This document shows positions 29,879 through 44,512 of a DNA stretch of 64,000 nucleotides, one piece after another; position 1 is the stretch's first letter; each line of letters starts with the position of its first letter. Source of the DNA: Candidatus Latescibacterota bacterium (GTDB taxonomy: Bacteria; Latescibacterota; UBA2968; UBA8231); assembly GCA_965248355.1 (NCBI GenBank), contig OZ252098.1:1056001-1120000 (forward strand). The letters run 5' to 3'. A model generated the notes under the pieces. That model searched no databases. It had not been told where the DNA came from and saw only the letters and a program-made list of their open reading frames with translations. Both the position numbers and the translations under genes were made by a program.

Positions 29879-31072
29879 GTGAACCTGCTCCTGGTCTCGG
29901 TCGACAGCCTGCGCCTCGATCACGCGGCCCGGGCCAGCGACGCCCAGGTGCACACGCCGCGCTTCGAGACCCTCACGGGCGGGTTCCATTTCACCGAGCG
30001 CTGCTTCTCCGTGTCCTCTGCGACCCGGCCGGTACACGCCACCCTGGTGACGGGTCTCTACCCCTTCGAGCACGGGATCCAGGGCCAGTACGACCAGCGC
30101 CTGCGGCCCGGCGCACCCCGCCTCTTCGGCCGCCTCCAGGAGGCCGGCTACCATGTCGGCTTGTTCTCGGAGGCCGCCTCGATCTTCCACGGCATCGATT
30201 TCGGCGCTCCCCTCCGGGACCTGGATCCGAGCCCGCCGGCCGGGCTGGCCCGCCTGCGGGCCTGGCTGGCGGAGACGGACGGCGCACGAAGACGCTGCCT
30301 CTTCGTGCACTACTGGAGCACCCACGCCCCCTATGGGGCCTCCGACGGCCTGGCCATGGGGGAGACGGCGCGACTTCTGCGCGGCGGGCGCTCCCAGGTC
30401 GTCAGGGAACGCTACCGGGCGGCGGTGGAGAACCTGTTCGAGCGGGGCCTTGCTCCCCTCCTCGAGCGGATCGACCTGGGGCGGTGGTCGATCGTGATCT
30501 TCGGCGACCACGGCGAGAGCTGGACCCCCGACGAGCTCTATCACGGCAAGACCCTGCGCAACTCCGTTCTGCGGGTGCCCTTGTGGGTGCACGTGCCCGG
30601 AGCCGGACGGATCGGGTGGGGACCCGGCGAGGTCGTCAGTCTCATCGACCTGTATCCCACTGTGGGCGGGCTCTGCGGCCTGGGGGAGATGGAGCCGGGC
30701 TTCGGGCGGGACCTGAGGCACCCCTCAGAAGGGCCCAGGTACCACCTGGCGGAGATCCGGCCCGGCGGCGACGACGATGCCCCGCAGAGGTCGCCGACGC
30801 CTCCCCCGGCCGCCGGGACGCGCTGGAGCGTCCTGGACCACCGCTACAAGCTGCTCGGCGGGGACGACGGCTGGGAACTCGTCCACACCTGGTCGGAGCT
30901 GCCGGCGCGCGGGGAGGGCCCAACGGATCTGGCCGAACCCTACCTGAAGGCTCGGAAAGCGATGCGGCGGCAGTCCCGGTGGACGAGAACCTCCCCGGAG
31001 CCGATCGCGGAGGGGGAGGACGAAGAACTGCGCCGGAGGCTGCGAGCCCTCGGCTACCTCGACGGCTCCTGA
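29879..31072 (+). CDS. Sulfatase-like hydrolase/transferase (alkaline phosphatase superfamily)
   Basis: VSVDSLRLDH, TRPVHATLVTGLYP, HAPY, GDHGE, LRALGY. Confidence 0.88.
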   Translation: MNLLLVSVDSLRLDHAARASDAQVHTPRFETLTGGFHFTERCFSVSSATRPVHATLVTGLYPFEHGIQGQYDQRLRPGAPRLFGRLQEAGYHVGLFSEAASIFHGIDFGAPLRDLDPSPPAGLARLRAWLAETDGARRRCLFVHYWSTHAPYGASDGLAMGETARLLRGGRSQVVRERYRAAVENLFERGLAPLLERIDLGRWSIVIFGDHGESWTPDELYHGKTLRNSVLRVPLWVHVPGAGRIGWGPGEVVSLIDLYPTVGGLCGLGEMEPGFGRDLRHPSEGPRYHLAEIRPGGDDDAPQRSPTPPPAAGTRWSVLDHRYKLLGGDDGWELVHTWSELPARGEGPTDLAEPYLKARKAMRRQSRWTRTSPEPIAEGEDEELRRRLRALGYLDGS

Positions 31073-31488
31073 TCCCTCGACGGGGGCACGGCCCTGCGCC
31101 TGATGGATGACTTGTAGCGCTCGGGCTCGAAGGCCTCCAGGGTGACGATGCGGCACGCCGGAAAGGCCTGGGCCAGACCCGGCGGCGCCTTCTGATCGTA
31201 CCCGAGAGCGATCACCTGCGGGTCGATGTCGGCCACCACCCGGAGAAAGTCGGCGCCCGGGTAGCCGAGACGGGCGTCGTCAACGGCTTCGTGCCCGGAG
31301 ACCAGCCGCAGGCGTTCGCTCTCTCCCTGGTCCGGCGCCTTCCCCTTGATGCGCAGCACGTTGGCATCGCGCGCCACGACGACGAAGAGCTCGTGGCCGA
31401 GACGCGCCGCCTGACCCAGGAAGGAATCGTGTCCCGGATGGAGGTGATCGAAGGTGCCGCAGCACATGACCCTCCCCCTCTCGCTCAT
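31054..31488 (-). CDS. FAD synthase RibL-like cytidylyltransferase family protein
   Basis: GTFDHLHPGH, VVVARD, IALGYDQ, YKSS. Confidence 0.85.
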   Translation of the reverse strand: MSERGRVMCCGTFDHLHPGHDSFLGQAARLGHELFVVVARDANVLRIKGKAPDQGESERLRLVSGHEAVDDARLGYPGADFLRVVADIDPQVIALGYDQKAPPGLAQAFPACRIVTLEAFEPERYKSSIRRRAVPPSRDQEPSR

Positions 31489-32030
31489 GGGCGGCGGCCC
31501 TTCTCACTGGCTCGGCGGTCCACCCAGAACGGGACGCCATGCTCGCGGCTGAAGAGCTCGCCGAAGCGGTCGGCCTGATCGCGCCGGGCGAAGTAGCCGA
31601 TCCGGATGCGGACCCCGCGGTCCGAGGCCAGGCCGTAGGCGGGGTAGCCGAGGGCCTGGAGCTCCCGCAACCGCTCAACGGCCCGGGTGCTGTCCGCAAA
31701 GGTCCCGACCTGCACCGTGTACTCCCCCTTGGGGTCGAAGGGAATCCGATCCCCGGCGGGGGCCGGGGAAGCCGCGGCCTGGCCATCCCCCTCGCCGGCC
31801 TCCACCGACGGCGGAGGACTCCCGGGCCTCTCGGCTTCGGTGGACTCGGACACGATGGAACGGTCCCGCGAGCTGTCCGCGAGCACGTAGACGATCTCGG
31901 TGCGGGTATCCCCCGGCTCCTCGTCCCCGGACCCGGTGCGGTCGCCGGCACAGGCGTACAGGAAAAAGGAGATCCACGGCAGCAGGAGGGCGGGGCCCGG
32001 GAGCCGGGAAGACCGGAATACCACTCTCAT
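31485..32030 (-). CDS. SPOR-domain lipoprotein
   Basis: Lipobox LYAC; YTVQVGTF...RIRIGYF. Confidence 0.85.
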   Translation of the reverse strand: MRVVFRSSRLPGPALLLPWISFFLYACAGDRTGSGDEEPGDTRTEIVYVLADSSRDRSIVSESTEAERPGSPPPSVEAGEGDGQAAASPAPAGDRIPFDPKGEYTVQVGTFADSTRAVERLRELQALGYPAYGLASDRGVRIRIGYFARRDQADRFGELFSREHGVPFWVDRRASEKGRRP

Positions 32031-33037
32031 TTCTCTCCCTTCGAGGAGGCGCTCGTCGGAGGGCCGGGGTTGCCGAGGGCGAGCCGTTCGAGGAGGAACA
32101 ATCCCCACTTCCTCCGGTTCACATGGTAAGGCAAGGCGGCCAGGGCTTCCAGCGGCAGCTCGGCCCGGCGGAGCCGGGCCCCCAGTTGCGCGCTCGGGGG
32201 AGCCAGCATGGCCACCACTCCTCCGGGAGCGACCACCCGGGCCGACTCCGCCACCTGGTCCTCCATGTCATTCGCCTCGGTCCGGGGGACCACCAGGGCC
32301 GCCGCCACCGTCTCGTCCGCCAGCGGCAGCCGCCGGCCGTCCGCCCGCAGGGCCAGTCCGGCGCCGCCGTTGCGGCCGACCCATATGCTCCCGCTTCCCG
32401 TATGGGGGATGGCCACGATGAGATGCTCTTCCTCCAGGTCGAGCAGACGGGCGACCGAGCTGGCAGCCGGACCCCGCCAACCCTCCCGGAGAGGGTTTCC
32501 CCCGGGCCGGGGCGGGCCGAGCTGCACGGAGACCAGGGCGCGCCGGCGCCGTACCTGGAGGTTCAATCGCAAGGGGGGACCCTCGGCGCCACCGGGGCGC
32601 AGCCCGAACTCGGAGCTCAGCAGGGCTTCCGCCCCGGCGCGCACCTGGCCGACTCCGAAGCGGTGATGCCCGTGGAGGGTGACGGTCAGCTGGAACCGAT
32701 GCTCGTCAATCCCCCGGTCGCAGGCCCGGGCGAGGCGCTGCACGCTCTCCATGGGCAACCGGCGCACGCATCTCATGATCCGTTCCAGGCCGGGGCTTCC
32801 GACGGTCACGTCGTGAGCCTGGCCCGCGATCGCCTGCAGCCCCGTGGGGCACCGCAGTTCGAGAAGCCGCCGGGGGCTGACCCGATAGCGGAAGAACACC
32901 TGCCCCACGTGGCCCCGTTCCAGCCGCAGGCCTTCGGCCGCGGAACCGAGCCGGAGCCGCACCTCGTCGGCGGCGACCTCTTCGAGTCCGCCGATGCAGG
33001 TGATCACGAAGTCGGTCAGGCTCGAGGGCGCGGACAC
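32027..33037 (-). CDS. THUMP-domain protein with degenerate methyltransferase domain
   Basis: ITCIGGLEEVAADEV N-terminus; partial TGSGSI; ARVVAPGG. Confidence 0.65.
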   Translation of the reverse strand: MSAPSSLTDFVITCIGGLEEVAADEVRLRLGSAAEGLRLERGHVGQVFFRYRVSPRRLLELRCPTGLQAIAGQAHDVTVGSPGLERIMRCVRRLPMESVQRLARACDRGIDEHRFQLTVTLHGHHRFGVGQVRAGAEALLSSEFGLRPGGAEGPPLRLNLQVRRRRALVSVQLGPPRPGGNPLREGWRGPAASSVARLLDLEEEHLIVAIPHTGSGSIWVGRNGGAGLALRADGRRLPLADETVAAALVVPRTEANDMEDQVAESARVVAPGGVVAMLAPPSAQLGARLRRAELPLEALAALPYHVNRRKWGLFLLERLALGNPGPPTSASSKGEK

Positions 33038-33042
33038 GGGAG

Positions 33043-34317
33043 TCAGTCCGTGGGCAGGACCGTGGCGGTGGCCAACGCGTCAACCGACAGGCAGTCGGAA
33101 GCGCAGGCCTGGACCGTCGCCGCGTCCAGGGCGTCGCCGAGGTGGAGATCGACGAGCTCGAAGGGATGGCAGCCGCGGCGAACGGCGCACTCCACGAACT
33201 CGGCGCAATCCTCCACGTCCTCCCATCGGCAGACCATTTCGCCGAAGACCCGGCGGAGAGCCCGGTCGAACCCCGCCTCGATCCGGCCTTCCCGCAGCCC
33301 GGTCTCGAGCTCCTCGAGGACGGCCGCACGAAGGGCCTCGGGGCGGTCCGTGTCACCTCCGAGCAGACAGAAGCCGTAGAGCCCGTCCAGGTGGACCTCG
33401 CCGCCAAACGTCTCTCCGTCGATCAGCCCGGACTCGTAGTTGCGCTCGAAGAAGCCGCTCGAGGCGCCGAAGAGGATGTCGAGGGCCAGCTCCAGGCTCA
33501 GCTCGCGCCGCAGTAGGTTCCGGCCCCGGGCCGGAACCGGATCGGGAAAGAGAAGCAGCCGGCGGGCCTTCGGAACGGCCCTTCGAACCTCGAGGTCGCT
33601 CGGCCGGGCCAGGATTCTCGGCCCGCGGTCCGAGAAACCAGGGGAGGCCGGCCACTCCCCCATCAGCTCGACCCCTCGGTGGCAGACGGCCGCCCCGTCC
33701 ACGGGGCCACAGACGATGAGCTTCAGCGACCCGCTGTGATAGTACTGCTGGTGGCAGCGTTCCAGGATCCCGGCGTCGATCCGGTCCAGACTCTCCGGCG
33801 TGCCGGCGATGTCGACGGCGATCCGCTGTGCTCCGTACAAGGCCCGCAGGGCGGTCTGGAAGGCCACCCACTCGACGCTGTCATCGAAGAGCTGAATCTC
33901 CCGGACGATGATCGACCGCTCCCGGCGGATGCCTTCCTCCGGGAAGTAGCCCCGCCCCGCAAGCTCGAACAGCAACGGCAGGCCATCGTCGAAACCGTTG
34001 GCGCCGGCGGTGAAGGAGAAGGAAGTACCGGTCAGTCCGGTCTGGGCGTCGACTTCGGCCCCCAGCCAGGTGAACCGCTCGGCGATGTCGCCCTCGGGTT
34101 TCTCGAAGAGACGGTGCTCGAGGAAATGCGCCGTGCCTTCGGGCAGAGGGACGGCGGACCCTCCCGCAGATGCGCCGTCGATGGAACCGAAGTCGACAAG
34201 GAGGACGGCGTGACAGCGCTGGCCGGCGCTGGGCACGACCCACACCCTGCCCCCGCCGGGGGCCTCGGCGGTCCAGACTTCCTCCTGCAGCAGGGGATGG
34301 GCTCGTCGGTTCAGCAC
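33043..34317 (-). CDS. M16 family metallopeptidase (YmfH-like)
   Basis: FGSID, GTAHFLEHRLF, RERSIIVREI, DIAGT. Confidence 0.9.
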   Translation of the reverse strand: MLNRRAHPLLQEEVWTAEAPGGGRVWVVPSAGQRCHAVLLVDFGSIDGASAGGSAVPLPEGTAHFLEHRLFEKPEGDIAERFTWLGAEVDAQTGLTGTSFSFTAGANGFDDGLPLLFELAGRGYFPEEGIRRERSIIVREIQLFDDSVEWVAFQTALRALYGAQRIAVDIAGTPESLDRIDAGILERCHQQYYHSGSLKLIVCGPVDGAAVCHRGVELMGEWPASPGFSDRGPRILARPSDLEVRRAVPKARRLLLFPDPVPARGRNLLRRELSLELALDILFGASSGFFERNYESGLIDGETFGGEVHLDGLYGFCLLGGDTDRPEALRAAVLEELETGLREGRIEAGFDRALRRVFGEMVCRWEDVEDCAEFVECAVRRGCHPFELVDLHLGDALDAATVQACASDCLSVDALATATVLPTD

Positions 34318-35603
34318 GGCGCCAGGAAGTAGTCGGTGTCCAGCTCCAAGCGTTCCGCCTCGGCGCGGACGGCCGAGGCGTTCACCTCGGCCAGAGCCTG
34401 GCGCAGGCGACGACGCGAGGTGTCGGCTCGGGCCAGTCGTCGATAGTAGTCGAAACGGACCAGGCGGTGGCGGGCGTCGTCGAAGCCGTCGAGTCGCTGC
34501 AGGGCGAGGGCGCGCGAACGCTCGAGCTCCTCCTCGCCCGGACCGGCCTCGGCGAGTTCCTGCAACTGGGCCCGGACCACGCTCGCCACCGCCTCCCGGT
34601 CGCCGGCCTCGACCCCGGCTTCCACGAACAGCATGCCCGCCATGGGCTCCCCGTAGGAGGTGATGTGATAGCACATGCCGGACTCTTCCCGGACAAGGCG
34701 GGAGAGCCGGGACTGCTGCTCGGCGCCGAAGATCAGGTCGAGGAGAACGAGGGCCGGGTAGCGGGCGCGTTCGGCGCCGCCCAGGGTCACATCGGTGCGG
34801 TACCCGACCATCATTCGTCCCTGGGCCACCCGGTCCCTCTCCGTCACCCTCTTCACGCCCTCCCTCGCCCCGTGGGCCGGCGGGTGAGGTGTCTCCTCGA
34901 CCGAGGCTCGGGGCCAGCCCAGGGCCGTCTCCGCCAGGACGGCCACGCGGTCCACGTCGACATCGCCGCAGAGGTAGAGATCGAGAACCGCCGAGGACGT
35001 GAGCCCCTGCAGCTCGGCCAGCAGGCCTGCGCCGCTCTGGCCGTCCAGCTCCCCGGGGTCGCCGTGCGACGCCAGCCCGTAGGCCTCACCCTCGCACATG
35101 ACCTCCAGGCAACGCTTCTGCGCCAGGAGGGTCCGATCGGCGTAGAGGCCCTGGACGCTGCGGCGCAGGGACTCCTTCTCCTGTTCAACCCAGGCCGGTG
35201 GAAAGGCTCCCTCCTCCAGGTGAGGCTCCCGGAGGACCTGTCCGAGCAGCTCGAGGCCGGGGGCCAGCAGGTCGGGATGGCCGGGCAGGTAGGCGCCGTC
35301 TACGGCCTCGTAGTGCAGGTGGAGGACCTGGAAGGGCCCCATCGCTCCGGTCTGCGAGGAGAAGGCGGCCCCGTAGAGATCCTCCGTGTACCGGTTCAGC
35401 GCGCCGATCCCGGGCAGGCGCGCGGTACCCCGTTCCAGCAGCCGCCCGAGAAGGGCCATCCGCGTCGCCGCCACAGGCCGCAGGAGACGAGGAAGGAACA
35501 GGTCGATCCACACCGACTTGAAGCGCCGGGAGCGGCGCACGTGCAGGCGCAGCCCGGGACGCAGGAGAAGGCTGTCGAAGTCCGAGTCGCGCTCCAGGGG
35601 CAC
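34311..35603 (-). CDS. M16 family non-catalytic subunit (YmfF-like)
   Basis: RRFKS, LERGT, EDLYGA, SRLSRLVREESGMCY; no HxxEH. Confidence 0.85.
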   Translation of the reverse strand: MPLERDSDFDSLLLRPGLRLHVRRSRRFKSVWIDLFLPRLLRPVAATRMALLGRLLERGTARLPGIGALNRYTEDLYGAAFSSQTGAMGPFQVLHLHYEAVDGAYLPGHPDLLAPGLELLGQVLREPHLEEGAFPPAWVEQEKESLRRSVQGLYADRTLLAQKRCLEVMCEGEAYGLASHGDPGELDGQSGAGLLAELQGLTSSAVLDLYLCGDVDVDRVAVLAETALGWPRASVEETPHPPAHGAREGVKRVTERDRVAQGRMMVGYRTDVTLGGAERARYPALVLLDLIFGAEQQSRLSRLVREESGMCYHITSYGEPMAGMLFVEAGVEAGDREAVASVVRAQLQELAEAGPGEEELERSRALALQRLDGFDDARHRLVRFDYYRRLARADTSRRRLRQALAEVNASAVRAEAERLELDTDYFLAPC

Positions 35604-35801
35604 GGCGAGATGGGGGCTTGAAGTGGGGGTCCGACTCGTCTCTGGGGCAGGGGACGATAATCGGCGAACCCTGACGCCGGGGCAAAGGGGGCCGCCCACC
35701 GGCCCTGACCGGGGCTTGATCGGCAACAGGCTGAAGGCGATGATGATGCCCTCCCTCTTGCGTCGGAGCTTCCCCATGGACCCGCACAGAGTGATATCTC
35801 G

Positions 35802-36551
35802 ATGAGCGGCCCACTCGACCAGGTCTCCATCGTGCTGGTGGAGCCGGCGGTCCCCGGAAACATCGGTTCCGTGGCGCGGGTCATGCGCAACACCGGGGTG
35901 AGCCGCCTCGTCCTCGTCGGCCCCGGCGAATGGCGCACGCCGGAATGCGAATGGATGGCCCACGGATCGAAGGAGGTCCTGGATGAAGCTCGCGTGGTGG
36001 AAGACCTGGAAGAGGCGGTCAGGGACTGCCAGGTCGTGCTCGGGACCACCCACCGGGTGGGAAGGTTCCGGGTCGTCGAAGACGACTACCGCGCAGCCCT
36101 CGCCGAGACCGCGGCCGAGGCCTCCGACGGCCGGCGCATCGCCATCCTCTTCGGCCGCGAGAAGGACGGCCTGTCCCGTGCGGAACTGCTGCGCTGCCAG
36201 CGCCTGATCCGCATTCCCTCAGCGGTCGATCATCCTTCATTGAATCTGTCCCACGCCGTGCTTCTGGTCGCCTACGAGTTGTTCCGGCGGCTCGGAGAGC
36301 CCCGGCAACGGCCGGCGGCGGCGGCGTTGGCCACGGCCTCTCAGATCGACCGGCTCGTGGCTCACCTGCTCGAGGCGATGGCCAGCATCGGGTTCCGACC
36401 CCGCAACGACGACCCGGCGAACTTCGAGCGCGTCCTCCGGCGGTTCCTGGGACGGGCACCCCTGGAACGCCGGGACGCCGCCGTGCTGCACCGCGTGGCA
36501 GGACAGATCGGCAAATTCGCGCGCCGGGTCGGCCGGGTTCCGGGAGAGGGT

Positions 36552-36560
<9 letters not shown>
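35802..36560 (+). CDS. trmJ: SPOUT RNA methyltransferase, TrmJ/LasT family
   Basis: VLVEP...GNIGSVARVM, LFGREKDGLS, SLNLSHAV. Confidence 0.88.
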
Positions 36561-40799
<4,239 letters not shown>

Positions 40800-40813
<14 letters not shown>

Positions 40814-41939
40814 GCTCGCTCCCCCTCGGGCGGTCCGTCCGGCGGGGACGCTTCCGGCGCACCCGTGACGGCACGAAGGGCAGGGAGATGACCTCGGCGG
40901 CCGCCACCCTCCCCCGGATCACCACCTCCAGCCTCCTGCCGACATCGTCATGCCCGCAGGCTACGTAGCCCATGGCGATCCCTCGCCTCAGAACGGGCGA
41001 ATGGGTGCCGCTGGTCACGAGTCCGACGTCGGCGCCGTCGTCGCGGAGCACCTGCCCGGGTCTGGGGATGCCCCGGTCCAGCAGCCGGAGGCCGATCAGC
41101 CGGCGGGGGACGCCGGTCTCGCGTTGTCGCCGCAGCGGATCCCGTCCCGGGAAATCACGTGGCTTGTCCAGGGCGAGGGTCCATTCCAGGCCCGCCTCCA
41201 GAGGGCTCGTGCTCTCGGTCAACTCGTTGCCGTAGAGACAGAAGCCGGCTTCCAGGCGCAGCGAGTCCCGAGCCGCCAGGCCCACGGGCTCGGCGCCGGC
41301 CTCCAGCAGTCGGGACCAGAGTTCCGGACCGTCGCCGGCCGGACAGATGATCTCGAACCCGTCCTCGCCGGTGTAGCCGCTGCGGCTGACCAACCACTCG
41401 CCCGATCCGCCTTCGGTCATGGAGAAGCGGAAGAACCCGAGCCGGCTGCATGAGCGGCCGATCACGGAGGTCACCAGCGCTTCCGCTTCCGGCCCCTGGA
41501 CGGAGATCATCGCCTGCCTCCCGGTATGGTCCTCCACCCGGGGAGAATCGGACGGGCGTCGTTCCAGGATCCGCGCGAGGTCGCGCTCGGTGCGCGCCGC
41601 ATTGACGACGAGCAGGAATTCCTCCTCGCCGAGGCGGTACAGGGCGAGATCGTCGATCGTCCCGCCCTCGTCGTTGCACAGCACGGTGTAGGCCATGCGG
41701 CCGGGAGCCAGCCGTTCCACGCCGCAGGGCAGCAGGCCGTCGAGGAACTCGGAGGCGCCCGCGCCGGAGATGAACAACCGGCCCATGTGGCTCACGTCGA
41801 AGAGGCCGGCCCCCGTCCGGGTCCGCAGGTGCTCCTCCTGGATCCCCCGGTACTGAACCGGCATCTCCCAGCCCGCGAAGTCGACCAATCGGGCTCCGGC
41901 GTCGCGATGTCGATCCCACAGGGGAGTCCGGCGACTCAA
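40800..41939 (-). CDS. gcvT: Glycine cleavage T protein
   Basis: FAGWEMPVQY, LFDVSHMG, SRSGYTGEDGFE, ARDSLRLEAG. Confidence 0.96.
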
Positions 41940-42541
41940 GCTTCCCTCCCCGAGTGCATCCGCTGCAGACCTTGCCAGACCCGGGCCGCCTGGGTGCGCA
42001 GAACCTGGAGATCCCCGTCGTTGTGGACCTCGAAGTCGACGGCTCCCTCCGGAGCGGTGGCCTGCTGGACGGACCGGCGTTGCCGGACCTCTGCGGGACG
42101 GATGCCGCGGTCCCGGGACACTCGTGCGGCGGCGATCCCTGACCGGGTCTTCACCAGGATGACGGCATCGAAGCGGTCCTGCAGGCCCCACTCGAAGACC
42201 AGGGGGGCGTCGAGCAGGACGATGCCGCCGTCGGCTTCTGCCGCCCGCAAGGCCCGCCAGATGCGGGGCTCCAGCTCCGGTCTCACGATCCCCTCGAGCC
42301 GCCGCCGGCCCTGCTCGTCGGCCAGGGCGCGCCGGGCGAGACCTCGGCGATCCAGCCCGCCTTCGCCATCGAGCAGGTCCCGTCCGAAGGCATCGGCCAG
42401 GCGGTCCCGGAGGCCGGCGCTCTCCTCGACGACCTGCCGGGCCAGAAGGTCGGCATCGACCCGGCGAGCTCCGAGACTCTCGAGCATCCCGGCCAGCGTC
42501 GTCTTGCCGGCGCCCATGTTTCCGGTGACCGCCACCAGCAT
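41936..42541 (-). CDS. coaE: Dephospho-CoA kinase
   Basis: VTGNMGAGKT, DAD, LDRRGLA, DAPLVFE. Confidence 0.93.
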   Translation of the reverse strand: MLVAVTGNMGAGKTTLAGMLESLGARRVDADLLARQVVEESAGLRDRLADAFGRDLLDGEGGLDRRGLARRALADEQGRRRLEGIVRPELEPRIWRALRAAEADGGIVLLDAPLVFEWGLQDRFDAVILVKTRSGIAAARVSRDRGIRPAEVRQRRSVQQATAPEGAVDFEVHNDGDLQVLRTQAARVWQGLQRMHSGREA

Positions 42542-42632
42542 CTCAGACCCGCCGGGTCGAAGCGCCGCCGGGGGAACGGGGCGCCATCCAGGCATGGGAC
42601 CCGCGAGCAGGTTCGGCGCCTGGCCGCAGGCC

Positions 42633-43487
42633 TCACCTTCCCTTGAGGTAGCGGAAGAAGTCGGTGTCGGCGGGCTGCACGAGGACCGTGTTCTCCTTCA
42701 GCGACTTCTCATAGGCCTCGAGAGTCCGGGTGAACTCATAGAACCCGGAGGCGTTGCGATAGGCCGCCGCGTAGATCCCCAGGGCCTCGGCGTCGCCTTG
42801 GCCCCGGATCCCCTGAGCCTGCTCATAGGCGAGGGCGGCGATGGTGGCCGCCTCGAGATCGGTCTCGGCGCGGATCTTCAGTGCCTCTTCCTCTCCCTCG
42901 GAGCGGTAGGTCTTGGCCTCCCGGGCGCGTTCGGCCCGCATCCGGTTGTACACCGCCTGCTCGTTCTCCGGGGGCAGATCCGCCCGCTTGATGCGCACGC
43001 CCACTATCTCGATCCCGTAGACCTGGGCGGCCAGATTGGCGCGCACCGTAACGGAGTCCATGATGGCCTCACGGTTGGTGGCCACCACCTCCGCCAACTC
43101 GTGCTGGCCGAGCTCCTTGCGCAGCTCCGAGTAGATGATGTCGTCGAGCCGGGCCAGCGCTTCCTCGACGGTTCGCAGAGCCTGCATGAAGGTCAGGGCG
43201 TTGACGATCCGCCAGCGGGCGTAGTTGTCGATGATGAGGGTCTTCTTGTCCTTCGTGTAGATGGGGTCCGGGTTCGAGTCGTAGTCGAGGAGTCGGCGGT
43301 CGAAGAAGGTCGTCTTCTGGATGGGGTCGGGCAGCTTGAGATACAGCCCCGGCTCGGTATGCACCTCCTTGGGCTCACCGAATTGAGTGACCACGACCTG
43401 CTCGACTTCGGTCACCGTGTACAGCACGAGGTTGGCAGCGAACAGGACCAACACGAGGAGGACGACGCCGCCGATGGCGTTGCGCAT
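42633..43487 (-). CDS. hflC: FtsH modulator HflC
   Basis: VVTQFG, PGLYLK, DNYARWRI, RMRAER. Confidence 0.95.
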   Translation of the reverse strand: MRNAIGGVVLLVLVLFAANLVLYTVTEVEQVVVTQFGEPKEVHTEPGLYLKLPDPIQKTTFFDRRLLDYDSNPDPIYTKDKKTLIIDNYARWRIVNALTFMQALRTVEEALARLDDIIYSELRKELGQHELAEVVATNREAIMDSVTVRANLAAQVYGIEIVGVRIKRADLPPENEQAVYNRMRAERAREAKTYRSEGEEEALKIRAETDLEAATIAALAYEQAQGIRGQGDAEALGIYAAAYRNASGFYEFTRTLEAYEKSLKENTVLVQPADTDFFRYLKGR

Positions 43488-43500
43488 GGTCGCTCTCTCC

Positions 43501-44499
43501 CTATTGCGAGCGCGCCGGCAGCAGGCGCTCGAGGTTGATGAGGTTGAGGACGCCCTTTCCTTCGGCGTCGATGATGTATTTCTGCAGCCCGGGCAGGATC
43601 CGCTCCATGGTCTCGATGTAAAGCCGCTTCTCGGTCACCTTGGGGGCCTTGACGTACTCGGCGTAGACAGCGCCGAAGCGGTCGGCGTCACCCTGGGAGC
43701 GTCGCACGCGCTCGACGGAGTAGGCCTCGGCCTCCTTGATCACGCGCTCGGCATCGCCGCGAGCCTTGGGGATGAGGTCGTTCTGGTAGCCCCTGGCTTC
43801 GTTCACGAGGCGTTCCCGGTCCTCCTTGGCGCTGGCCACGTCCTTGAAGGCCGCGTCCACCTGCTCCGGGGGAGCGACCGACTGCAGCTGCACGGACTCG
43901 ACGGTGAGCCCGCAGCGATAGGCCTGGAACAATTTCTGCAGGCGTTCCTTGATCGCTATCTGCACCTCGAGCTTGCCCTCCGTGAGAACCTCGTCGATGC
44001 CGCGGCGGCCCACCACCTGCCGCAGGGCCGCCTCGCAGGCGTCGTGCACGAGACCTTCGCCTCCCCCCTCGAAGGCGCCCAGGCCCTTCACCTGGAACAG
44101 GGCATCGATGACGCTGCTCACCTTGTACTGCACGACGAGCTCGACGTTGACGATGTTCAGATCGCCGGTGAGCATGAGCGACTCGTTCGGACGCCGGCGA
44201 TAGCGCGCCGGCGGACCCGGATCGATGGTGCGGAAGCCGATCTCCTCGCGGTACACGCGCGTCACCGAGCGAGTGATGTGCATCTCGATGGGCGAGGGCA
44301 GGCGGTAGTGCAGGCCAGGGTCGACGACCCCCTGCACCTTGCCGAAGCGGAGAATGACCGCCTTCTCGTCCGGGTCGACGGTGTAGATCCCGCTGGCCAG
44401 CCACAGGACGGCGAGCACCCCGAGCACGAGGTACACCATGCGCGGATTGAAGCGCAGGTTCGACACGGGACTCTTGGGAAAATCGAACTGTTGAGGCAT
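43501..44499 (-). CDS. hflK: FtsH modulator HflK
   Basis: VILRFG, MLTGDLNIV, AFKDV, RLYIETME. Confidence 0.95.
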   Translation of the reverse strand: MPQQFDFPKSPVSNLRFNPRMVYLVLGVLAVLWLASGIYTVDPDEKAVILRFGKVQGVVDPGLHYRLPSPIEMHITRSVTRVYREEIGFRTIDPGPPARYRRRPNESLMLTGDLNIVNVELVVQYKVSSVIDALFQVKGLGAFEGGGEGLVHDACEAALRQVVGRRGIDEVLTEGKLEVQIAIKERLQKLFQAYRCGLTVESVQLQSVAPPEQVDAAFKDVASAKEDRERLVNEARGYQNDLIPKARGDAERVIKEAEAYSVERVRRSQGDADRFGAVYAEYVKAPKVTEKRLYIETMERILPGLQKYIIDAEGKGVLNLINLERLLPARSQ

Positions 44500-44512
44500 G
44501 ATGTCCGTCCGT

